Shown: positions 10,213-18,757, counted from the stretch's first letter. The stretch is DNA of 64,000 nt from an uncultured Bacilli bacterium (GCA_947627435.1 CANQWB010000003.1:5955-69954); one strand, 5' to 3'. Notes: generated from the letters alone by a model not told the origin. Translations and numbers: made by a program.

Positions 10213-10545
10213 ATGAACAATAGTTACATTAATGAAGAGGTAATAGATGGTGATATTTCAGATGAAGAATTTGAAAGAAAATATTTGCCATGTATAGATA
10301 ATTTTTGTGATTATATGAAAAAATTTGTAATACCAGATGCAGTAGCATTTTATTTAGCAAACGAGTATGACAGAGATTGTTTGGATGAATGTCCACTTGT
10401 CAATCATATTAATTCTGCATTGGATATTTTTAATATTATTATTGAAGTGAAAGAATTAATTCCTACTATAGAAATGATATTAAAAATAAAATATAATCTT
10501 AAAATTATAAGTAGAAATCCTTTAAAATTAGAAAAAAATTATTAA
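10213..10545 (+). CDS. Hypothetical acidic protein
   Basis: GAGG RBS, 110 aa, Asp/Glu/Cys-rich N-terminal half. Confidence 0.4.
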   Translation: MNNSYINEEVIDGDISDEEFERKYLPCIDNFCDYMKKFVIPDAVAFYLANEYDRDCLDECPLVNHINSALDIFNIIIEVKELIPTIEMILKIKYNLKIISRNPLKLEKNY

Positions 10546-10782
10546 ATTGTAGGTGCTGATTTTTAGAATCAGTACTTATTTTTTATTAAGATTTATTCAA
10601 CTGTCGGAGACTAATTTAAAGGGTTTTAGGGATATGCCCTAACAAGTTTAGGGTGTGACAACACCATGCTTGATAGTTTTAAAAACGATATTAATTAATA
10701 TGGTAAGACTATATGTGAAAAAAGATAATTTTTATAATTAAACTACATTTACTAATTTGCAATAAAATGTTATAATTTTGTT

Positions 10783-11385
10783 ATGAAAGTAAATGGTGAT
10801 GCTATGGATAATAAAATTAAAATTAAAAATTTTTTAGACAGTAATCATGGATATATACTAACATCAGATTTTTTATATTTAAATATTAGCAAGCCATTAA
10901 TAAAAAAGTATGTAGATAGTGGACTTATAAAAAAAGTTTCTCATGGCATTTATATGGATAGTGAATTATTAAAAGATGATGAATATATTTTTCAATTAAG
11001 ATATCCGATGGCAATCTTTTCATATAAAACAGCTTTAAATATTTTGGGATATATATTTAAAGAACCACAAATGAAAGAAATTACTATTAATAGTAAAAAG
11101 AGAGTATTAGGAAATTATAAAGTACATTATGTATCAGATAAATATTATGATATTGGTATTATAGAAATTGAAGATATGTTTCACAATCCTATCAAAGTTT
11201 ATAATATTGAGAGATGTATTTGTGATATGTTGAGAAGTAATGATTTTGATTTAGAACTTCAAAATAATATACTACATGAATATTTTAAAAGTAAAGAAAA
11301 AGATATAGATAAATTACTAGAGTATTCTAAAATTTTCAATATCTATGATAAAGTTAGTACTTTAGTTGATTATGCGGTAAGATAG
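10783..11385 (+). CDS. AbiEi-like antitoxin-domain protein
   Basis: N-terminal GYILTSDFLYLNISKPLIKKYVDSGLIKKVSHGIY resembles the AbiEi_4 wHTH. 200 aa, ending 12 nt upstream of the Fic gene. Confidence 0.6.
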   Translation: MKVNGDAMDNKIKIKNFLDSNHGYILTSDFLYLNISKPLIKKYVDSGLIKKVSHGIYMDSELLKDDEYIFQLRYPMAIFSYKTALNILGYIFKEPQMKEITINSKKRVLGNYKVHYVSDKYYDIGIIEIEDMFHNPIKVYNIERCICDMLRSNDFDLELQNNILHEYFKSKEKDIDKLLEYSKIFNIYDKVSTLVDYAVR

Positions 11386-11397
11386 GAGGTATTAAAA

Positions 11398-12234
11398 ATG
11401 AGTGAGAAAGATTTAGACTCTAGTAATGTAGAATACACTGAACTAGTAAACTCTAAGGGTTATATTAAACAATTGCAATGGGATATGGCCATTGGGCTTC
11501 AAGAAGTAGATAATTTAAAACCTTCTAAATATTTTGAAAGGCTTGTTACTGATAATGTAGAAGGTAATCTTACTATAGAACAAGTAGAAAAAGATTTAAA
11601 AGAATACTATATTGAAAAAGAAAAACAAAACGATATAAATCATAATGAAATGGAATGTGATTTAGTTTCTACTAGAATTGTAGAATTATTGCAAATTGAT
11701 AATTTTGAATTATCAGTAGATTATTTAAAATATGTTCATAAATATTTATTTCAAGATGTTTATGAATTTGCTGGAGAATTTAGAAAAATAGATTTTTCTA
11801 AACATGAAAAAATATTGAATAATGATTCGGTAGCTTATGGAGACTCAAAAACTTTGAATGAATCATTAGAGTATGATATATCATTAGAAAAAGAAAAGAA
11901 TTATAAAGAAATGAGTATTGTTGGAGTAATAAATAATATAACTAATTTTTCATCAAATATTTGGCAAGTACATCCTTTTAGAGAAGGGAATACTAGAACT
12001 ACAGCATTATTTATAGAAAAATATTTGATTAGTTTAGGTTATGAAGTAGATAATACATTATTTAAAGAAAAGTCAGTTTATTTTAGAAATGCATTAGTTA
12101 GAAGTAATTATTTTAATAATTATTTGAATATAAAAGAAGATAAAAGTTATTTAATTAAATTTTATGAAAATTTATTATTAGGTAAAAATAATAATTTACA
12201 TTCACAAGATTTGATTATTAAAGAGTTATTTTAA
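11398..12234 (+). CDS. Fic/DOC family protein (putative AMPylase) with an N-terminal inhibitory motif
   Basis: Fic motif HPFREGNTRTTALF. The N-terminal TDNVEG fits the (S/T)xxxE(G/N) inhibitory helix. Confidence 0.85.
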   Translation: MSEKDLDSSNVEYTELVNSKGYIKQLQWDMAIGLQEVDNLKPSKYFERLVTDNVEGNLTIEQVEKDLKEYYIEKEKQNDINHNEMECDLVSTRIVELLQIDNFELSVDYLKYVHKYLFQDVYEFAGEFRKIDFSKHEKILNNDSVAYGDSKTLNESLEYDISLEKEKNYKEMSIVGVINNITNFSSNIWQVHPFREGNTRTTALFIEKYLISLGYEVDNTLFKEKSVYFRNALVRSNYFNNYLNIKEDKSYLIKFYENLLLGKNNNLHSQDLIIKELF

Positions 12235-12244
12235 AGGAGGAAGC

Positions 12245-12559
12245 ATGGAAGAATTAATTAATAAAATAATTAAATTTAATGAAGAAAGAGATTGGGATCA
12301 GTTTCATTCACCAGAAAATTTAGCAAAAAGTATTTCTATTGAAGCAGGTGAATTATTAGAATGCTTTCAATGGAATAATGAATTTGACATTAACGAAGTA
12401 AAAGAAGAATTAGCAGATGTTATAAATTATTGTCTATTATTAGCTGATAAATTAAAATTAAATCCTGAACAAATAGTTTTAGAAAAAATGGAAAAAACGG
12501 CAAAAAAATACCCTGTGGAAAAAGCTAAAGGAAAAAGCACAAAATATAGTAAGTTGTAG
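12245..12559 (+). CDS. MazG-like nucleotide pyrophosphohydrolase
   Basis: RDWDQFHSPENLAKSISIEAGELLECFQW...EELADVINYCLLLA, with the EExxE and ExxD metal motifs. 104 aa. Confidence 0.8.
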   Translation: MEELINKIIKFNEERDWDQFHSPENLAKSISIEAGELLECFQWNNEFDINEVKEELADVINYCLLLADKLKLNPEQIVLEKMEKTAKKYPVEKAKGKSTKYSKL

Positions 12560-12567
12560 GAGAATAT

Positions 12568-12792
12568 ATGAAAAGTAATGAAGTATTATCATGTGAAGCA
12601 ATTAAACTATTTAATGATTATAAAGAATTAATTAAAAATAATCCTAAACAGTTAGAAGACATATTTTATAAATTATTTGAAATCATAACTAACCATGAAA
12701 AATATACAGAAGATGAATCAAAAATAATTTTTGGAAAATTTATGATTTTAGTTTTAGGACAAGAGTTGGGTGGTAATAATGTTAGTGTATGA
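12568..12792 (+). CDS. Hypothetical small protein
   Basis: GGAG RBS. It overlaps the next gene by 14 nt, so it appears operonic. Confidence 0.4.
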   Translation: MKSNEVLSCEAIKLFNDYKELIKNNPKQLEDIFYKLFEIITNHEKYTEDESKIIFGKFMILVLGQELGGNNVSV

Positions 12793-14656
12793 AGGTATTA
12801 AATCAGGGTTTATAGACGATGTTAATCTAAATAAAATTGTAGATAAAATTTATGATAAATATAAACAATTTTTTGGTAGAACAAGTGAGTCACAATTAAA
12901 TTCGTGGAAAAATTCTATGCAATATATGAGAGGTGTATTAGATGACAGTGAAATACCTAATAATGCTGGTGTTGCTATTGAATTTAATATTCCAACTACT
13001 TCTAAAAGAATAGATTTCATTTTATCTGGAAGAGATAATAAAAGAAAAGATTCTGTAATTATAATAGAGTTAAAACAATGGGAAACATGTAATGCTATAG
13101 AAAATAAAGATGGTATTGTATCTACATTTACTGGGGGTGCAATAAGAGAAGTTGCTCATCCTTCTTATCAAGCAATGAGTTATGCAAATTTGATTAAAGA
13201 TTTTAATGAAACTGTTCAATTAGATGAAATTGGATTATATCCATGTGCATTTCTTCATAATTATGATTTGAAAGATGATGATCCTATTTGCAGTAGTCAA
13301 TATCAAGAGTATATAAAAGAAGCACCAATGTTTGGTACAAATGATTTTGAAAAACTAAGAAATTTTATTAAAAAGTATATAGTTGAAGGCGATGATAGAG
13401 AACTTTTATATAAAATTGAGAATGGCAGAATCAGACCTTCTAAAAGATTACAAGATTCATTAGCACAAATGCTACAAGGAAATAAAGAATTTAATATGAT
13501 TGATGAGCAAAAAGTTATATATGAGGATGCAATTAGAATGGCTATTGATACTGTAGCAAGTGATACAAAAAATGTATTTATTGTTCAAGGAGGACCAGGG
13601 ACTGGAAAATCTGTTCTTGCCATTAATTTATTAGTTGAATTAACCAATAGAAATATGACAACTTTTTATGTAACAAAAAATGCCGCTCCAAGAGCTGTAT
13701 TTAGAGATAAATTAAAAGGTACATTTAAAATGACATATATAAATAATTTATTTCAAGGATCTGGACAATTTACTGATGCAAACAAAAATGAAATAGATTG
13801 TTTAATAGTGGATGAAGCGCATAGATTAAATGCAAAATCTGGAATGTTTCAAAATTTAGGTGAAAATCAAATTAAAGAAATTATAAATGCATCCAATTTT
13901 TCAATTTTCTTTATTGATGAAGACCAAAAAGTAACTTTAAAAGATATTGGTTCGATAGATGAAATAAAAAAATATGCACATGAACTTGGAGCAGGAATTA
14001 AAATTGTGGAACTTGAAAGTCAATTTAGATGTAACGGTTCAGATGGATATTTAGCATGGTTAGATAATTTACTTGAAATTAGAAAAACTGCTAATTTTGA
14101 TGATATGGATTTTAATTATGATTTTAGAGTATTAGATAATCCTAATGATTTAAGAAATTTAATAGAAGAAAAAAATAGAGAAAATAATAAATCTAGAATT
14201 GTAGCTGGATATTGTTGGGATTGGATAAGTGAAGGTAAAAATAATAGTAATATCCACGATATAGTAATTCCAGAATATAATTTTGAGATGAGTTGGAATT
14301 TGGGTAATTCCCAAACTTGGGCAATTGATTCAACTTCAGTAAATGAAGTTGGTTGTATCCATACGTGTCAAGGGCTAGAATTTGATTATGTTGGTGTTAT
14401 TATCGGAGAAGATTTAAGGTATGAAGATGAGCATATTGTTACTGATTATACAAAACGAGCTAAGACAGATCAATCTCTAAAAGGCATTAATAAAATAGCT
14501 AGAGAGAAAGGCGTAGATATAGCTAATAAAATAGCTAATTCTATTATAAAAAATACATATAGAACATTGATGACTAGGGGTATGAAAGGTTGTTATGTAT
14601 ATTGTGTAGATAAAAATTTACAAAAATATTTAAAGGAAAATGTTAGAAATTTATAA
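12779..14656 (+). CDS. PD-(D/E)xK nuclease-like N-terminus fused to a DUF2075-type SF1 ATPase/helicase
   Basis: N-terminal RIDFIL...IIIELKQW (D...ExK). Walker A GGPGTGKS, Walker B LIVDEAH, C-terminal CIHTCQGLEFDYVGV. The likely start is ATG 12779 (MLVYEG). Confidence 0.75.
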   Translation: MLVYEGIKSGFIDDVNLNKIVDKIYDKYKQFFGRTSESQLNSWKNSMQYMRGVLDDSEIPNNAGVAIEFNIPTTSKRIDFILSGRDNKRKDSVIIIELKQWETCNAIENKDGIVSTFTGGAIREVAHPSYQAMSYANLIKDFNETVQLDEIGLYPCAFLHNYDLKDDDPICSSQYQEYIKEAPMFGTNDFEKLRNFIKKYIVEGDDRELLYKIENGRIRPSKRLQDSLAQMLQGNKEFNMIDEQKVIYEDAIRMAIDTVASDTKNVFIVQGGPGTGKSVLAINLLVELTNRNMTTFYVTKNAAPRAVFRDKLKGTFKMTYINNLFQGSGQFTDANKNEIDCLIVDEAHRLNAKSGMFQNLGENQIKEIINASNFSIFFIDEDQKVTLKDIGSIDEIKKYAHELGAGIKIVELESQFRCNGSDGYLAWLDNLLEIRKTANFDDMDFNYDFRVLDNPNDLRNLIEEKNRENNKSRIVAGYCWDWISEGKNNSNIHDIVIPEYNFEMSWNLGNSQTWAIDSTSVNEVGCIHTCQGLEFDYVGVIIGEDLRYEDEHIVTDYTKRAKTDQSLKGINKIAREKGVDIANKIANSIIKNTYRTLMTRGMKGCYVYCVDKNLQKYLKENVRNL

Positions 14657-14703
14657 TTTAGCAATATAAACATTAGAGTGCTATTGCATTAATTACACTT
14701 TTA

Positions 14704-14712
14704 TGGTAATAT
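14704..14712 (+). promoter_or_regulatory. Orphan extended -10 element
   Basis: TGgTAATAT in a context (TTTTATGGTAATAT) resembling the promoters of both recombinase genes. No CDS follows before the terminator at 14771. Confidence 0.3.
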
Positions 14713-14770
14713 GCAATTATACAGAAGTAATAGTAGCTGAGTTTATCTTGTTAATGTGGTGTAATAAAAA

Positions 14771-14809
14771 AAGCATTTGCTATGAGATAAACAAATGCTT
14801 TTACTTTTG
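14771..14809 (+). terminator. Intrinsic terminator
   Basis: Stem AAGCATTTG / CAAATGCTT with a 12-nt loop, followed by TTTACTTTTG. Confidence 0.6.
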
Positions 14810-15156
14810 TATAAGTGGTTGCATCCACTATACTAAATGAAATCAAAGACTAACAAAACAGAATGTTAGAAAATGAAATTACAGGAGAATATGAATTTTT
14901 GATTATATTCATGACTTTTGTCATTCCTGCTATTATTAGCATAGCAGAAAAAAAAGACAAAATCAAGCCGTTGATCATAAAAAATTCTATTGTTCAAGTC
15001 AAAATGTAAAGGAGGTAAAATATATGGCAAAGAAAAAATGCAATAAATCGGTTCATGTTAAGGCTCATAATAGATGTAGACCTGGTACACATAAAAAGTA
15101 GAGAATACTTAATTTTAGTATGGTGGTCGCTCCAAAAAAATGATGGAGGAATAAAA

Positions 15157-16056
15157 ATGTTTATAAGTAAAAAAAGAATAATATCGTTAGATTTTTTAAA
15201 TAAGTATAAGAATGATAATATAAAAATAGGTATTCATGTTACAAATAATGAATATGAAAAATTAGGTATAAAGGAATTTGTAGAAGGAATTGCTATACAA
15301 CCATCTCCGAAATTTGGCATAAATTGTAATAGAAATTCAAATGGTTATTCTTTTCCAGACAAAGCAAAACCTAAAGAGGATAGGGTAATAAATACCATTT
15401 ATTGGACTTGGAAAGATTGGGGTGGAAATGAGCATGGAGATTACTTTGATATATCAAGAAAAGTATATCCTAGAGTTGAAATTCCTGCTAGTAATATAGA
15501 ATTTTTATTAACAAAAAATAATTCTGGAGAATCTTTTATATTAGCCAATATAGATTCAAAAGCAGATAAAGAAATAATAAAGCAAACAATTAACATGTTT
15601 TTGGAAATATTTGGTTTTTGTGAAATATTTAATGAAGATTTAGATTTTATTGATATACACAATAAAATAAAAAGATGTAATTGGGAATTATTGCCACCTG
15701 GTGTTAGGACTATAGCATTAACAAATATTAATAAAGATAAGGCAAATAAAAAGAAAAGAAGACCTAACTATAACCAATCAAGATTAGATACTTTAAATTC
15801 TTATAATCCGTTTGAGGTATTTGTTGGATCTGGTGGATTTACTGGTTATTATGCATTTGTTTTCAAAAATACTTGTTTTTTAGAAAATGGTTACTATGGA
15901 AATGCTACTTATGTTGTTCCAAAGGATAAATGGAAAAAATTGTCTCAATTATCTAAACAAGAAGTATTATCAACGACTGATGTTATTGAAAAGGTAAATC
16001 ATACAAGTGAATGGTTTAATAAAATTGATTTATTAATGAATAAATATGAAAAATAG
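15157..16056 (+). CDS. Hypothetical protein (299 aa)
   Basis: GGAGG RBS before ATG 15157. The ORF-track start at 15055 is probably too far upstream. No motif recognised. Confidence 0.5.
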   Translation: MFISKKRIISLDFLNKYKNDNIKIGIHVTNNEYEKLGIKEFVEGIAIQPSPKFGINCNRNSNGYSFPDKAKPKEDRVINTIYWTWKDWGGNEHGDYFDISRKVYPRVEIPASNIEFLLTKNNSGESFILANIDSKADKEIIKQTINMFLEIFGFCEIFNEDLDFIDIHNKIKRCNWELLPPGVRTIALTNINKDKANKKKRRPNYNQSRLDTLNSYNPFEVFVGSGGFTGYYAFVFKNTCFLENGYYGNATYVVPKDKWKKLSQLSKQEVLSTTDVIEKVNHTSEWFNKIDLLMNKYEK

Positions 16057-16227
16057 TCAGTTGCTTGTCAAAATTGTCGAACGATTACTTATTGAAATAG
16101 AAGTAATTGGTGTTATAATTAGACTGGCCATATGGGAATGTGGCTAATACATTTAAACATATATAAAAATAATAGTTATTAGAAAAATGAGAAAAGATAA
16201 TTATGCATATGATTGAAGCATAAATAA

Positions 16228-16914
16228 TTAATCAGTGAAGAACTGCTACATATTTATTCCAACAAACATGATTGGAAAATATTCCCTTGTTATTGTTGTG
16301 GATATTTATGTCCAGTTCTTTTTTGTGTTCCTAAAAATACTGGTAAAGAAAGGAGGATACTAGGAACAATTACAGATAATCTTGTTAGTGATAAGGAGAA
16401 CATTATTAATACTTATAGTAAAGTTATTTTACCAAACAGTATATTAGGAGATAATAGATTAACATTTTTAGAAAGACTTGTATTAGTTGTAATAATATCA
16501 TTAAGTAAAAAAGAAGGTTATTGTTGGGCTACTAATGAATATTTTAAAACTTTATTTGATGTTAGTAAGCAAACAATATCTAAAAGTATAAGTAGTTTAT
16601 CGAAGTATGGTTATATTGTTTTAAAATACGATAAGAAAGAAAAGAATAATTCTAAAAGAGTTATTAGGTTATCAGAAGTATTAAAGAATCAAATATCAGG
16701 TATTAAAAATAATCTTAATACTAGTATTCAAAAAGACTTTAACCAATATAATAAAAATAATATTAAAAGAAATAATATAGGACCTATTATTTCAAAAGAT
16801 GTTGATGGAGTAGAATTGTGGAATGGTAAAAGAGTTGAGTCTGAACCAATGAGTGAAGATGAACAAAAGTACTTAGAAAGTTTGTTAAGTTGTTTTAGAA
16901 CAGGAGATGAATAA
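16228..16914 (+). CDS. wHTH protein paralogous to 7166-7501, fused to the DGVELWNGKR C-terminus; no in-frame ATG/GTG/TTG near the RBS (possible pseudogene)
   Basis: The open frame is absent from the ORF track. AAGGAGG lies at 16349-16356, and the nearest candidate start is ATT 16369. Translation: ...GYCWATNEYFKTLFDVSKQTISKSISSLSKYGYIV...VDGVELWNGKRVESEPMSEDEQKYLESLL. Confidence 0.45.
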   Translation, partial: LISEELLHIYSNKHDWKIFPCYCCGYLCPVLFCVPKNTGKERRILGTITDNLVSDKENIINTYSKVILPNSILGDNRLTFLERLVLVVIISLSKKEGYCWATNEYFKTLFDVSKQTISKSISSLSKYGYIVLKYDKKEKNNSKRVIRLSEVLKNQISGIKNNLNTSIQKDFNQYNKNNIKRNNIGPIISKDVDGVELWNGKRVESEPMSEDEQKYLESLLSCFRTGDE

Positions 16915-17276
16915 ATAATTGAATAACAAAGTCATAAAATTAAATGAGGTGACTTATGTTTAAAATAACAGAAACTTTTAAAAAGGATTCTCCTAATATA
17001 ATAGAATTGGTAACTAACTATATAAAAAGTCGTTAAATCAATCTAAAGTGCACAAATAAGTGCAATAGGTAGAAAAAAAGTGCGTTTTTAAAAGAAAATG
17101 CACTTTTTTTCAATGAATTTTAGAGAAAAAGTGATAAAAAAATAGAAATAAATATAAAAAAGTGATATATTATTAATCGCAAGGAAGAATTACTTCTACG
17201 CAAAAAAGTGCAGATATGTGTGAATTTTTAAAACTAAACGCACAATATCTACATTAATCTAAAATTCATAAGATGG

Positions 17277-18575
17277 GCAATTTATTTGTCAAAGTTGATA
17301 TTTATAATTGGTAGTTATAAATATCTTTTTTTATTAATATTTTAATAATGAATCATTAAGTATAACATCATCAGGTTTAATATAATAACAATTAAGTTTT
17401 TTAAGAATATATTCATCACATAGAAATAACATTGCCTCATAAGGTGATTTACCATTTAAAGAATCACGGCATAAACTATTAATGTTATTCATAAATAAAT
17501 CACAATCTTCTTGTGTAATATTTTTAAAAGAAGAACCTTTAGGTAAAATATAACGAATAAATTCATGATTTTTCTCTATGCCTCCTTTTTGCCAAGAAGC
17601 TGAAGGATCACAAAAGAAAAGATGAGTAACATAATCGCCAGTTTCATGAATACATTCAATATTATTGACATCAAAAAATTCATGACCATTATCAGTAAGA
17701 ATAATTGGAAATAGTTTTTTATAATCTTCTTCAGGTATAAAAGATTGAAGAATACCAAATATTCTAGTTACTTCTTCAGTAGTTTGAGATTCCAATTTAA
17801 ATATAAGCATAAAATTAGATTTTCTCCAAAAAAGAGTAAGAAAACAATCTTCTTCAGTTTGGAGACCTTCAACAGTATCCATTTCAACAATGTTTAAATA
17901 AGGATTTTTAGATATATAATCTAAAAAGTCAGAATATTTTCTGTTAATTAAAATTTCTCTTTCTTTTCGAGTTCTTCTATTAGAATTGTTTTTTCTTTTT
18001 TTATATTTAACAATTCTAGGAAAATCCAAAGGTCCAAATTCAAAAACACCATTGTTTACATAATTATAAAAAGATGGTTTAGAAAAATCTAAAATGTCTG
18101 GATGATTAATATATAAATGATTTATAGTTTGACCTTTTTTAATAAGAGGAGTAAGAATCTTATTAATTTGAAATATTTCTTCTGGTGTTAAATTAATACC
18201 TTTTCGAGCTTCACTTTTAACTTCTTTATAAGAATCATTAGCTCTTCTGGCATAGTAAGTATATCTTTCTTTTCTACAACCACTTCTTGATTTACAACCA
18301 TTACAAACATAAGGTGAACGTTTTAATCTCTCACAAGATAAATCTCTATCATAATTATTATTTTTATAATTATTAAAATTACTTGGTTGAGAAAAGATTT
18401 TGTTTCGATCAATTTCTCTTAAAATGGAAGAATGAGATCTGTTAATTTCTTTAGCAATCTGATTAATAGATTTATTATCATTTAATCCGTCTTCAATATT
18501 TTTTCTATCTTCATAAGATAAATGACAATAATTTGTCATAGTATATAATACCTCCTTTAATGACAAATAAATTGC
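17277..18575 (-). mobile_element. IS30-family insertion sequence
   Basis: 15-bp terminal inverted repeats: GCAATTTATTTGTCA at 17277-17291 and TGACAAATAAATTGC at 18561-18575. They enclose a single transposase gene. Confidence 0.8.
17334..18539 (-). CDS. IS30-family transposase
   Basis: N-terminal HTH (LSYEDRKNIEDGL...SINQIAKEINRSHSSILREI) and a DDE core. The likely start is ATG 18539 (MTNYCHLSY), after the RBS AAAGGAGG. Confidence 0.9.
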   Translation of the reverse strand: MTNYCHLSYEDRKNIEDGLNDNKSINQIAKEINRSHSSILREIDRNKIFSQPSNFNNYKNNNYDRDLSCERLKRSPYVCNGCKSRSGCRKERYTYYARRANDSYKEVKSEARKGINLTPEEIFQINKILTPLIKKGQTINHLYINHPDILDFSKPSFYNYVNNGVFEFGPLDFPRIVKYKKRKNNSNRRTRKEREILINRKYSDFLDYISKNPYLNIVEMDTVEGLQTEEDCFLTLFWRKSNFMLIFKLESQTTEEVTRIFGILQSFIPEEDYKKLFPIILTDNGHEFFDVNNIECIHETGDYVTHLFFCDPSASWQKGGIEKNHEFIRYILPKGSSFKNITQEDCDLFMNNINSLCRDSLNGKSPYEAMLFLCDEYILKKLNCYYIKPDDVILNDSLLKY

Positions 18576-18701
18576 TTAGAAAGTATTATACTTGTTTATA
18601 AATCTTATTGCACAACTTTTGTGCACTTCTTTTTTTAAATTACACTATATAAAAAGTGTGATTAATAATGAGTAGAATAATGGCGTTATATTGTATTTTT
18701 A

Positions 18702-18710
18702 TGGTACAAT
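18702..18710 (+). promoter_or_regulatory. Extended -10 element upstream of recombinase 2
   Basis: TGgTACAAT, 48 nt upstream of the TTG start. Confidence 0.4.
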
Positions 18711-18757
18711 ATAATTGGCTTTAATTTGTTATACAAAAAAGAAAGGAGTAGAAAAAC

